In this document: positions 1 through 11,218 of the stretch, one piece after another
Position numbering within the stretch: position 1 is the first letter of the stretch
How the letters are laid out: every line of letters starts with the position of its first letter
From: Guillardia theta CCMP2712
Taxonomy: Eukaryota; Protista; Cryptophyta
DNA length: 64,000 nucleotides
Assembly: GCF_000315625.1 (NCBI RefSeq)
Contig: NW_005434460.1
Span: forward strand, 1 to 64,000
Reading direction: 5' to 3'
The notes under the pieces: model-generated
What the model was told of the DNA's origin: nothing
Database searches by the model: none
The model's input: the letters and a program-made list of their open reading frames with translations, nothing else
Made by a program: the position numbers and the translations under genes

Positions 1-62
1 CGTTCATCTGGTGGTGGTGGTGGTGGTGGTGGTGGTGGTGGTGGTGGTGGTGGTGGTGGTGG

Positions 63-144
<82 letters not shown>

Positions 145-920
145 AGAGGAGGGGAAAAGAGATCCATTGAGGGTCTCGAGCTTACCAGCACGCCAGACCT
201 GACGCTCATGCTCCTCTGCGACGGCAACATAGTGAGCAAACGAGTAACAACATGGCTGCTCATAGAGACGACAGGACTTGGGCAGGTATGGCACAACAAC
301 TGCTACAGCATGCAAGCGCGGCAGGTAGGACAGAAGTGAGGAAAGGGAACGTAGACTCCGGCTGGGGACGGCTGGGGAAAGGGATGAGTAGGACGAGATA
401 TGGGTGTAGCAGAGTCAATGTTGTTGCTGGTGGAGTTGACAGTGATGGAGGAAGAGGAGGAAGGAGGGCGACGGGAGGGGGATGGCGAATGAGGCAGATC
501 ATGCCAAGTAGTGGATAGGAACCTTGTCTCAGCATGGAGGGGGAGATTGGAGAAGGAAGATGAGGAGGGATAAGAGAAACTATGGATTCAACCATCGCGA
601 TCAGGACGGGAGCGGCCACGAGTCATATGAGGAGGGAGGAGGAGAGGGAGAGGTCAAGAAGAATGTGGAGTGGAAGTGCAAAGAGGGTGGGGGAAGGAGG
701 AGGAGGTGGTGGTGGTGGTGCAGGAGGAGCAGGAGGAGCAGGAGGAGCAGGAGGAGCAGGAGGAGCAGGAGGAGCAGGAGGAGCAGGAGGAGCAGGAGGA
801 GCAGGAGGAGCAGGAGGAGATCTTGACCCGGAGGGAGGAGGAGGGGAGGCTGCATGAGAAGCCTGAGCTCATCGCCATCATCGCCGCCGCCATTGTTGCT
901 CGCAAGAACCACATGGCCAT
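1..920 (-). CDS. 5' part of a gene running off the window edge, with a putative bipartite plastid-targeting presequence
   Basis: MAMWFLRATMAAAMMAMSSG-FSCSLPSSSLR resembles a signal peptide + Phe + Ser-rich transit peptide. A small AG/GT-bounded exon (RSMSVRSGVL) lies near 186-216. The mature domain is not visible. Confidence 0.4.
9..144. repeat. Compound microsatellite (GGT)n-(GAT)n, probably intronic
   Basis: Perfect GGT run directly followed by a perfect GAT run. The poly-V/M/I/T ORFs here are artefacts of it. Confidence 0.97.
721..818. repeat. (CAGGAGGAG)n 9-bp tandem repeat
   Basis: About 11 copies visible directly. Confidence 0.95.
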
Positions 921-989
921 TATGCCTTTATGACACCCCCACCCCCACCCCCTTTTGGTTATTCCACGACCCGTCCCGCTTTCTAATAG

Positions 990-1500
990 GCTGCGGCCTG
1001 CAGTGCCGCGCTAGTATCGGATGATCGTGGCGCGGCGGGCCTGGCAGGCCGGGCCGGGCCGGGCCGCCCCCGGGCCCGGACGGGAGTCTTACCGTACTGG
1101 GCCCATCACGGTGGGCCGGGGGGTACCGTAGTACGGTCCAAGGTCACTCACTCAGCGAGAGTTCCAAGTTCCGACTCATTTCCGACTGCACGGTACGGTC
1201 CGTCGGCCGCCGCAGTGACGGTCGGACTCTGACTCGATTCACAGAGTCTGCCTTCAATTCCGAGCGGCCGCCGGGCGGATGATCGGACCGGACCGGCCGC
1301 CGCGGGGCGATCGGATGATCATGGCATCACTCCGCATACCGTACGATGGCCGGGCCCGGGTCGGACTCCGGGGAACTTCGGAAGACGACGACGAGTCTGA
1401 GGGATGCCATGATGGCAGTCGGAGGTGATCTAGAAGAGGCTGACCGGCAGGCTTAAGAGGGTGCCACTCACGGATCCTCCATGGTCAGTCACGGCGGTGC
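990..1500. other. GC-rich intergenic block dense in short palindromic words (CCGG, GGCC, GTAC, GATC)
   Basis: No ORF of 60 aa or more. The same vocabulary recurs near 8.0-8.45, 13.2-14.0, 15.6-16.0, 33.0 and 43.5 kb. Confidence 0.6.
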
Positions 1501-2002
1501 TCGGGTACTCCACCCCCACCCCCAAAATTACACTTGAAATGACCCCTGATGTCTCTCGAAGGAGGCGGTTGTGGTCTGCAGGCTAAAAGTTTTTAAATAG
1601 GTACTAACAGTCCTTCAGGACCCCTGGTCCAATCGAGAACAGAGTTATAAGTACCCCTCCTTTCCAGGAAGAGCTGGTCAAAAAAAGGTGGGTACTACCC
1701 ACCCACCCATGAAAGCAAGGCTATCCTCCTCCACTATTGGAAGGATTTTCTGCCTCCTTGCTCGCCCTGTACTTCCCCTCCCGCCACATCTAAACCCTCC
1801 GCAACCACGACAGGTCCTGCCTACTACACCCTAAAGCTCGTATCGCCTCTCCTCGTCAAACACCAGTGTATCTACCACCATCCTCCTGCTTCTAAGCTGA
1901 TTGTTCGGACGATCGCTTCGGCGGACTGATCAGCTTCTTGCGAGTTTCGAAGGACAGATGTGGAGTGATTAAGAGCAGACTGTTCGATCGAGGCCTCTAA
2001 TA

Positions 2003-2584
2003 ATGCACCACCAGAGCCAGAGTAATGCGCCGATGTCCCGACAGAATCTTGTGCAGGACACAGACCTTGCCTTGAAGCTCGACGCTGCCCATATTGCCTT
2101 CTCATCCTACGACAACAATCACTACAACATCTTTCCCTTCGCTCCGACTGGAAGCTTGACCCAGATTTGGAACCCGAACGTGTACATCAGCGGACATGCC
2201 GCAGAGCCACCGAACCCTCTAGGATCAAGATCCCCCGACCTGCTCCTGATGGAGGACAGGCTATCGTCCTCGTCCACGACAATGGGAAACTTGGAGGATC
2301 CCATGGCAGACCTGACTCCCATGGGTCTAACATGGAAGCTGCCTCCTGAAAATCCCTCAGAGACGAAGGACGACAGGAGGAGGAAGAGCTGTCTAGCGCG
2401 TGGCAGATTTCTGCAGGACGGGACCGTGAGGAAGCGCGTGCGGTTCGAGGACGTGCAGCATCCCCCCAACACGGAGTGTAAGATCTGTAACCTCAAGTAC
2501 GATCTGAGCCAGGACGATGACAGCGAGTTCTCACTGGGCCCAGGAGATCCCTTCGAAGTGAGTAAAAAGTGCAAGCGGTCATGA
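2003..2584 (+). CDS. Intronless hypothetical protein, 193 aa; paralogue of 3023..3598
   Basis: C-terminal DDSEFSLGPGDPF motif shared with the convergent ORF, with mostly synonymous DNA differences. Basic NLS-like patches present. Confidence 0.65.
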   Translation: MHHQSQSNAPMSRQNLVQDTDLALKLDAAHIAFSSYDNNHYNIFPFAPTGSLTQIWNPNVYISGHAAEPPNPLGSRSPDLLLMEDRLSSSSTTMGNLEDPMADLTPMGLTWKLPPENPSETKDDRRRKSCLARGRFLQDGTVRKRVRFEDVQHPPNTECKICNLKYDLSQDDDSEFSLGPGDPFEVSKKCKRS

Positions 2585-3022
2585 GTTGTTGTACATTAGT
2601 GCCAGTAAAAGATTGTTGTCAATCTCAACAAGTCCGGTCGTGTGATCTCTTGCATGTTCATTCAAGATTCTACAGGAATAGATTTAAGATCCACGATGCG
2701 ATATTGGCTTCTATCTCTGTTACAAATCCAAACGCATCTTTGTACTTGCCTCCCGTTGCGTAGAATCCAGATTTTACATGTCACTCAAGTTATGAACAAA
2801 AAACCATGTATGAGGGTCGAAGTTTGAACGTAAGAATTATTCAAACACACACAATAATTATGCTTCACTACAATCTAGATCAAATTACTTTTCTATCCAC
2901 ATATATACTGTTTGTGCGTGCAAGCAAGACAAAAGAGAAGAACTTTGAAACCTCAAAGAATTTAATGAGTTCACGTAGTTTACAACAGTATGTTCTAAGA
3001 ATACACAGAGTGGTTGGAATCA

Positions 3023-3598
3023 TCAGTGATGCCTCCTCTTCGACTTGGAGGATCTCACAACGTAGGGGTCTCCAGGACCCAGTGAAAGCTCGCTATCATC
3101 CAATCCCAGGGAGGAGGCCTGACGTTTCAATGGCGCGTGGCAAGACGACCCTGTGCACTCCAAGCCCTTCCTCTTCCTCGACTTCTTCATATCGGATTCC
3201 AGCTGAAGATCGACCTCTTCGAGCTTCTCGAACCTGCTCTGAGGTGGCCAGGGCCAGTTGAGGCTTGACTCGATAGATTCGAGGGCTTCGTCCGAGGAAG
3301 ACATAGAGAGCTCGTCACTCTCAATCTGTGTGTTGGAGGACTGGTCATCAGGCTTGCTGTTCGTGATCATAGCCCTCGCCGTTGATGAACGAGCTTGTTT
3401 GCTCGGTTCCGATTCCGCAAGACGGTTCCTCGGGAGTGCAAGAAGAGGAGCCTGATTCGATGAGCTGTCATCCTTGCTTTCCGGTCTCATGCTTGATGCG
3501 AGAAGAAGGAATTGCGCTAGATCTCTAGATGCATTAGGAAAGTTCTGCATGGGGAAGTGATGAGGATATAGGTTTGATTGGGAGAGTGGAATGTTCAC
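3023..3598 (-). CDS. Intronless hypothetical protein, 191 aa; paralogue of 2003..2584
   Basis: C-terminal DDSELSLGPGDPY motif and a basic KKSRKRK patch. Confidence 0.65.
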   Translation of the reverse strand: MNIPLSQSNLYPHHFPMQNFPNASRDLAQFLLLASSMRPESKDDSSSNQAPLLALPRNRLAESEPSKQARSSTARAMITNSKPDDQSSNTQIESDELSMSSSDEALESIESSLNWPWPPQSRFEKLEEVDLQLESDMKKSRKRKGLECTGSSCHAPLKRQASSLGLDDSELSLGPGDPYVVRSSKSKRRHH

Positions 3599-5062
3599 AG
3601 AAGGAGGATGGAATGGTTTATGTGTAACGAAAGTGGCGACGAGGAGACAGATGAAGAGGACTGATGAAAAATTGAAAAAAGAAGGGGGGAGGGGGGCGGG
3701 GGGGGAGACAATTCCAAGGGGTTGCTGATCGTTGGGGGTAGGGGTCGGTAATCCTTGTCTGAGTACCCCCCTCTAGCAACTTACAGACAAGTCTAAGTAC
3801 CGGGTAGATTAAATTTGAGGAATACATTTCAACAGGGGGTAGAGGAGGGTCCTGACGGTAACGAGATAAAATTCAAGAGGGCAGAACAGCACCATGGGGT
3901 GGGTACTTTCTGACTGCCATGAGGGGGTGTTAAAATCCCCAACACAGTAAGTTTGGGATTTTAATAACAGTAATTGACGAAGCGCTGTATGATTTGGACA
4001 ACACAACACAACAAGTTCTTTTTAAAATGTACCACCCACCTCAATTCCTCTAGAATTCACCGGTCCTATTGCCCACGAGACCACCACGGTGGTCGTGAGA
4101 GTACCGTGATGGCTCCCTGTAGTAAAACGACCTCCTTGCGCCCCTGGAGGATTTGCGCGGGATGGTGACAGGAGTATGAGGGGGATGAGTGAATTTAGGG
4201 GATGAGGGCTATTTCTTATCGGTTATCCAATTTCTTTGGGAATCTGTTGCAGGCCGTTGCGGTGGCGGTTGCAGACTGCCTTGTGGGTCGGAGGTGGGAC
4301 GAGGGATAAGTCCACCTTTGGAGGAGAGGGGATGAGGGACAAAAGGGTCGTGGGCAGAGGGGGGATGAGGCTGTAAGGGATCCCATCAGGGTTTCATGTA
4401 TCCTTGGCGATACGCATGAGATATAAAAGAATGCGGAGGAGAGGAAGAAGCGAGAGGGTAGGCGAAGGAGGGGGACAGGGCAGGGCAGGGCAGGAGTGGA
4501 GAGAGGAGGAGACGAGGGGACGAGCGAGCAGGGAGGGAAAAGGAGAGGAGGGCAGGGGGAGAGAGGGCAGGGGGAGAGGAGGGCAGGAGAGGAAAGAATC
4601 ATTCACACGATTCCTTCGTTCGTCGGAAGAAGGAGTGGGTTTTGGGGGTTATGGTGCAGCAAAGGAACGAGAGAAGAGGAGGAGATCGAGTTGGTGCGCA
4701 GAATTTGAGAACGACTAGGGAAGGGGGATAGAAAGGAGGAGAGGGCGAATGTTTGAGAAAAGATACAAGAATGAGAATGAGCGAAGAGGAGATACTTTGA
4801 AGTTAGGGAGGTCGTTGTAACGAGATGCGTCATGAGAAAACGGTGGATGAATGTCGTGATATGGTTGATGTTTTGGACGAGGAATCTCTTGAGAGGTCAT
4901 GGCGTGGCGAGTAGCTCAGGTGATCAGGGGCGACGATGCATCGTCAGTCTTGCTGATTGAAGGCATCGAGCAGTATCGCGTTGTTGACTTCGTTGATCCA
5001 GAGGCTCCTCTCTTCATGTCACAACACGAGGTCTGAACCTGCGAGCAAGACTATCCCGACCG

Positions 5063-7111
5063 ATGCAAGCCAACGTATTTGTGCTCCTCCTCCTCTTCTC
5101 CTACTTCTCCTTCACCGAGGTTTGCGGGTTTACCGTGCCCGTCCGAGCACCAGCAGGGCTCCTCGTGAGGGTCGGCCCAGCCCGGGACGCCCATCCATGG
5201 CTGAGGACCGTCGGGCGAGGGCAGCAGCGACGGCCCGGAGGAGCAAGAGTCTCGCTGCTGTCTATCTGCATGAAGGCGCAGCCAGACTACTACAAGGTGC
5301 TGGGTGTGGACAAGAAAGCTGACGTGGCGACGATCAAACGGGCGTACAAGAAGCTGGCGATGAAGAATCACCCGGACGTGAACAAGGAGGCAGGAGCCAA
5401 GGACAGGTTCATCCTGATCAACGAGGCCTACGCCGTCCTCTCTGACCCGGAGAAGCGAAGGAAGTACGACTTCACCTCTTCTAACCCTTTCTCCGGCTGG
5501 TCCTCCTCCTCCTCCTCCTCCTCCTCCTCCTCGTGGGGCTCTCGGAACACCGGAGGGGGATTTGATACGGACGAGTTCTGGTCGAGGTACAAGAGCAAGG
5601 AGGAGACGACCAAGGACATCGATGACAGCTTCGAGGCGATCTTCAGCGACCTCTTCAAGGGGGTGAAGGGAAGCTCGCAGAGAGCTCGAGAGAAATCCTC
5701 GCTCATCGATGACTTCGGGGACTTCCTGGAGGCCCTGCTGGGGAAAGAAGGTAGTGCAACATGCACGTTGAGGGGAGGGAAGGAATGAGGGTGAGGGGGG
5801 AAGAGGGAGGGAGGAGGAGGAGGGATTGGTGGTGGTGGTGGTGGAAGTGCTCTCGTGTAATCCTGGCTTTGACTCTCTCAGGCATCACCGAAGATGATCA
5901 GGATGAAGTTTTGGATGACGATGAAGAGACTCTTCGACTGGAGATAAAAGTGACGATCCCCCTCCTCTCTCCCTCCTTCGCTTCTTCCACCTTCCCCCCT
6001 TCATCTTCCCTCCTCCCCTCCCTCCCTCCCTCCCTTCCTCCCTCCTTCCTCCCTCCTGTTCCATCCTCCCACATGCTTCCTTCTTCCTTCCATGCTCCTT
6101 CCTATTCGTCAATCCCGCTGTTTCATTCCACTCCGATCCTTTTTGATCTCCTTTCCCTCCTCTTGCTGCACTCCTGTCTCCTCTCCCTTCGGTCGCCAGT
6201 CTCATCGTCGGATACTAGGATGCCAAGTACGTTCTTGAGCAGCTAGAGGAGAGGTCGCGCCGGCTGAGGTAAACAGACCCTCTCCTCCCCTCCTCCTCTT
6301 TTTCTCCTCCCCTCTCATCCCGTTTGCTCGCCACCCCCTCGTCTCCTGCCCTTCTCTCCTCTCTCCTCTCTCCTCACGCTTGTCTTCAGCGAGGACGCGT
6401 CCAAGGCAGATTCCATGGCCAGCGAGTAGGAGTTGCGAGCATGCGACCTGTGCTAACATCTAACAGGTGGAAGAAGAAATCAGATGCTCCTAGTATGGAT
6501 CCTGCTGTTGCCCGAGCAGCCAAGGTCTTTTTTCTCCTCCCTTCCCCATCCTCCCACTTTCCACCCTCCCTTCTCCCTTCTCCCTTCTCCCTTCTCCCTT
6601 CTCCCTTCTCCCTTCTCCCTTCTCCCTTCTCCCTTCTCCCTCCTGCTACCTCCTTGTTCACATACCACCGTCTCCTTCGCATGTCTTGACTTCTCACATG
6701 CGGAGCAGGAGAAAGTGTCCTCCTTCACCAACAGTGCTCAGAGGTTCCGCGAGAGATCCAAGAAGGTGGCGGAGATGGCGAACAAGCAGAAAAAGAAGAT
6801 CGAGAGGATGGAAGAGAAGCTGAGCGGTGGATCAGGCAAGGCAGCTGCATCAGCAGGTGAACCTCTCGTTTTCTCTTCCTCGAGCTCAGATTCATGAGCA
6901 GGAGAGAAGGACGATGGCAAGACTGTCGTCTCCTGCCCCAAGTGCTCCCAGAAACTTCGCGTACCAGCAAGGGTATCGATCATCCCCCCGTCCCTCTCCC
7001 TCTTCTACGACCTCCCCCGCTGCTACTCCTCCTGCTCCTGCTCCTGCTCTTCCCCCCTCCATCCTGGTCCTCCTCATCCTCATCCTCATCCTCATCCTCA
7101 TCCTCATCCTT

Positions 7112-7151
<40 letters not shown>

Positions 7152-8010
7152 ACAACAACAACAACATCGTGCTTCCGTTATTCTCCCTCTCACTCGCTCT
7201 CTCCTCAGGTCTCTGGAATGGCCAAGTGCCCGGCTTGTTCCTACGAGTGGGAGGTGCAGAAGCGTGCGGGCAAGAGGGATAGGCAGCCTGACGTCCCTCT
7301 ACAGAGAGTGGTGGAAGTGGTGGGGAGGAAAGAGGGGGGGAAGCAGGAGGCAAAGGTCAAGGAGGAGAGGAAGGGGAAGGAGGAGGTGAGCGGGAAGGAG
7401 GAGGTCAAGGCAGGAAGCAAGCAGGAGGAGGTCACTGCACGAGTTGTTGTCTCCTGCCCCTCCTGCTCGCAGAGGTTGCGAGTGCCCAAGGTGAGGCGAT
7501 ACATGAGGGACGGAAGAGGACGAGGACAAGGAGCGAGAGGAAGCGAGAGGGAGAGGAAGAAACGAAGAAATGTGAGAAGGGAGGAGAGGAAGGTGAGGGG
7601 CTGAGGGATGAGTTGGGGTAGGACGCGCAAGGATCACATGAAGGGAGGGAGGAGAGGAGGAGCAGCGCAGAGCAGAGGAGGGCAGAGCAAAGGAGGAGGA
7701 GGAGGAGAGGGGGATGAAACTCTTGGTAGGGGAAGAGAGGAACCGTCGCCTGCCCGTCCTGCGGGAAGAAGTTCGAGAGCGACGGGGAGGAGAAGAAGCA
7801 GCCGAGTGGCTCAGCTCCTCCTAGCGGCAGGACCTGGAGGGATGGACCTGAGGACGAGGTGATCTCCCGTTGACCCTCCTGCTGTTTGCGGGGGATTGAG
7901 CTGGGTTCTAGCTGGGCAGGTGGGCCGCGGAGCAGAAGATGAGGCAGGACCTTGCCAAGGCCAAGGTGGAGAAGGAGCTGGAGGAGCTCAAGAACAACCT
8001 GGGGCTATGA
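5063..8010 (+). CDS. Plastid-targeted J-domain (DnaJ-type) protein with coiled coil and two CxxC-CxxC zinc ribbons; multi-exon
   Basis: Signal peptide ending VCG-F. J domain DYYKVLGV...KNHPDVN...[18 protein letters not shown] with the HPD motif. Later exons give CPKC/CPAC and CPSC/CPSC. Ends [14 protein letters not shown] at TGA 8008-8010. Confidence 0.85.
6566..6640. repeat. (TTCTCCC)n intronic heptamer repeat
   Basis: About 10 copies visible inside an intron of the J-protein gene. Confidence 0.9.
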
Positions 8011-8492
8011 CGTCACCAGTACCGGCTGACTGCGTGCGGCGCACGGCCCCGGGTAGTAACTTTTAGTCATCGGAGTTGACTCAGCATCAGCAGCGGCCCG
8101 GGGGCCGCTTGCCGCTTTACTCAGTGACCAGCCTCCGTTGACACTTCTATCACTAATCATAGTACCGTCACCGGGCCGGGGCGGCCGCCCGAGCAGCCTC
8201 TCACTGACCGTACAGAAACCGTCGCCGTACCGCCCGGCCGATCGGACGGTACCGGGTGACCGCGGCCGCCCGGCCGGGACCGTTCGTCTCAGCCTCAGGC
8301 TCAGTGAGCCGCGGGCGCGGCCCCACCTGAGCTTCGAAGTTTGAGCCTAGGCCGCCGCGGCCCCGGGCCAGAATATTCAAGCCTAGTAGTATCACTGATG
8401 ATGTGACATGATGGGCCCCGGCCCCCGGAGTTCAGTCCGAGTTGTTACTCAGTCGGTCGTTTGTAACCGTTGCCAACGATTTCTTACATCAA

Positions 8493-8590
8493 ATAACGGA
8501 TGTAACGACATCTATCTCATCTGGTTACACCACATAACGGATGTAACGACGCCTATCTCAGTCATAGTGACATCGGTTACACTGTAACCG
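8493..8590. promoter_or_regulatory. Duplicated ATAACGGATGTAACGAC motif plus CGGTTAC-ACT-GTAACCG palindrome upstream of the RelA-like gene
   Basis: Direct repeats at 8493 and 8534 (period 41) and a perfect 7-bp inverted repeat at 8574-8590. The regulatory role is inferred from position only. Confidence 0.35.
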
Positions 8591-9040
8591 CAGCCAAAAA
8601 GGACAAACTTTTTTTATTTAAAATCAGTTTTAGCCGTTACTTTACTCAATCCCATGGTCAGGTACTAAAATGCATGCGAGTCCATGGCGAGGGGAGGAGG
8701 GAGGAGGGAGGAGCTACAAGCATGGGCGGGATTGGGGGCTGGGCTGAGCATGAGGATGGTCAGGAGGAGATACGAGAGGAGAGGAGAAGCTGAGATTAGG
8801 AGGAGATGAAGGAATGGAAAGGGATGACGAAAGAGATTTATGGCCGTTCGGGTGGCCAACATGCCTTGCCTCTTGAAATCTCTGACATGTTGCTGCACAG
8901 AAGAGCTGCAGGAGTGGTTGTTTTCCCGTGATGGTCGCTGGCAGGAATGTGTAGCATATAATTCTCGCCGGAAATCTTTCTTGTCGACTTGAGGAATCGC
9001 TGGGTATGTTGAGACAGGGCAGGTGCTAGTCGCTGGGAGG

Positions 9041-11080
9041 ATGAAGATGAGTGCGATAGGAGGAAATCCTGCAAAGAATCGCAGGATCAGCCTGAAACAT
9101 GTCGAGACTGTACCGCGCGTTGCGAATCGATGCTTTCGTGATCGTTGCGTCGCCATCCGCGACTACATGCGGCTGCTGGCCAGGCAGGGAAGAAATTTCG
9201 ACCATCAGCTGAGGGATTACGATGCGAATATGCACAGAGCAGCGGATTCCTCCGTCTTCTTCTGCTCGCGCCCCATTCAAACGGCGCTGAGCCGGAAGGT
9301 TTTCAACATCCTCCTCATCTGCCTTTCCGCCATGTACCTCTCCATCACTGCGGCATGGGCGAGGAGGGTCGCGACGGGGGGCAGCCACAAGTTGCGGTGC
9401 TTCCGCTTCTCTTGCTTCGAGCTTCGCGATGGAAGCAGGTGCAACGGGCGTGTGAGCCTGCAGAGAGTTGGGATCCTGCACTACGAGAGCAGCGCCGAGC
9501 ATGACGAGGCCGGGGTTGGCCCTACACTGGCGGAGGAGGGGTGGGGCAACTGCACGATAGACTTGAAGTTCCCCAAGCCCGTGAAGATGAACGGCTTCTT
9601 CTTCGTCACAGCGAGCGGGAGAGGCACAGAGAGCGAGGACCCGGTTCGCTTCCTGCTGGAGGGCTCGCAGTGCGACGGCAGGTGGAAGGTGGTTGGAGCG
9701 TCGGCATGGCGATATGACTGGCTGAAGACGAAGAGCGAGGACTTGAGCGTGTATCGCTTCTGGAATGGCCGGTACAACACAACCAAGTCTCGAGGAGAGA
9801 TGGAAGTTCTGTCGTTCCACACACCAGGGTTGGAGACGCTCCTCATCGTGCTGCTAAATCTCTTTAGGACCCTGCTGCTCGGCGTTCCCGCCATGTTCGG
9901 TCTGCTGAAGAGGGAGGAGCAGGGTAAGAAAGCGATCCAGGTTGGAATCCTCTGCCTGGTCGCCAACTTGCTGGCCTTGCTGTGCGTTGACGAGGAGAAT
10001 CGGCTGGGAATGATGACCAATGTCATTCTCTCTCTCAGCTTCTTCCTCTCCCTCCGCTACTTCGAAGACGAGACTCTCTTCTGGCTCTCTGCCTTGGTTA
10101 TCTTCGGCTCCTGGTGCGTGCTCGGCTACATGATCGCTTACACCGCAATCTTCCGCGTTGGCCTGCTCGTCTCTCTCTCCAGCACGTGCGTGCTGCTGTA
10201 CAGGGACCATGTGCTGTCCACGAGCTGGAACCTGGTCAACTTCGACAGGGCGAGGTATGAGGAAGGATGGAGACTCTTCCTCTCGCGCCTGGAGCAGGAG
10301 GAGGAGGTGAAGCAGCTCTCCAACTACCTCCGTCACATCGTCGGGAACGCGTCGATCCACAGCCTGCAGGCGGGGATGGTCATGCGGCGGTGGTTGAAGA
10401 AGAAGTCGTTTTCTGATCTACTTCAGATGCGATTCTCCTCTTCTGTGTCTGATGGGGTGATGCAAGTCGACAGGGATGGAGTTCCGGTCCAATCGCTCCA
10501 TCGCCTCTACTCGCAGGCTGTTTGCCTGCAGGTAGTCCTTGCGGAGAAGGTGAGGTGGTGGGCGTCGCAATCTAGAGGATACTTTGTGGTTCAGGATCAG
10601 GAGGGGAGGAACGCGTTCATAACTTGTGAGGAGGCGCTTGCTCTGCAAGACTCATCTCCGACTTCTTCGAGTATCATCCCCCTCAAGTCCATCAGCAGAA
10701 CCATCGAGAAGGTGGCGCGAAGTTACGGAGGAGAAGTTTGCCGCGTCCTTGACATCTCCCGCGCTCGGATTGTGTTCGACGACATCGAGGGAGTCTCGAG
10801 ATGCTTGTCAATCATCAAGAATGACAGAGACGTTGAAATCCTGCGACTCAAGGGGAGGATGGCGCAGGATCAGCGGGCAGACTGCGAGGAGAGCGACGGA
10901 GACAGCTTCGGTAGGAGGGACCTGATGATGAACATCTGCATCAGGAACGAAGAGACAATCTGCCTTGGGGTCGAGAACCACATCGCCGAGGTTCAATTGC
11001 AAGTCATCACGCTCGCTGCCCTCCAGACGAGCGAAGCGCATTCCCGTTACCTCGCAGTGAGAAACTTGAGGAGGGAATGA
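9041..11080 (+). CDS. Multi-pass membrane protein with putative extracellular beta-sandwich (F5/8-like) region and C-terminal RelA/SpoT-like nucleotidyltransferase domain
   Basis: Uninterrupted ~680 aa ORF with one N-terminal TM and about 5 central TMs. C-terminal motifs in RelA_SpoT order: PLKSISRTIEK, LDISRARIVF, GRRDLMMN, HIAEVQL, EAHSRY. Confidence 0.8.
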   Translation: MKMSAIGGNPAKNRRISLKHVETVPRVANRCFRDRCVAIRDYMRLLARQGRNFDHQLRDYDANMHRAADSSVFFCSRPIQTALSRKVFNILLICLSAMYLSITAAWARRVATGGSHKLRCFRFSCFELRDGSRCNGRVSLQRVGILHYESSAEHDEAGVGPTLAEEGWGNCTIDLKFPKPVKMNGFFFVTASGRGTESEDPVRFLLEGSQCDGRWKVVGASAWRYDWLKTKSEDLSVYRFWNGRYNTTKSRGEMEVLSFHTPGLETLLIVLLNLFRTLLLGVPAMFGLLKREEQGKKAIQVGILCLVANLLALLCVDEENRLGMMTNVILSLSFFLSLRYFEDETLFWLSALVIFGSWCVLGYMIAYTAIFRVGLLVSLSSTCVLLYRDHVLSTSWNLVNFDRARYEEGWRLFLSRLEQEEEVKQLSNYLRHIVGNASIHSLQAGMVMRRWLKKKSFSDLLQMRFSSSVSDGVMQVDRDGVPVQSLHRLYSQAVCLQVVLAEKVRWWASQSRGYFVVQDQEGRNAFITCEEALALQDSSPTSSSIIPLKSISRTIEKVARSYGGEVCRVLDISRARIVFDDIEGVSRCLSIIKNDRDVEILRLKGRMAQDQRADCEESDGDSFGRRDLMMNICIRNEETICLGVENHIAEVQLQVITLAALQTSEAHSRYLAVRNLRRE

Positions 11081-11160
11081 AGCTTTCCCTTACCCATCTC
11101 CTTGATTCTCCATCTTCGTCTATCCTTTACCAGATTCTCGTCGCCTGTGGCCTTCACAGT

Positions 11161-11218
11161 CCTCCTCCTCCTCCTCCTCCTCCTCCTCCTCCTCCTCCTC
11201 CTCCTCCTCCTCCTCCTC
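11161..11218. repeat. (CCT)n microsatellite
   Basis: About 19 perfect copies. Confidence 0.95.

Noticed and set aside
4200-5050. Small minus-strand gene upstream of the J-protein
   Set aside because: Exon-like fragments could not be joined into a consistent frame.
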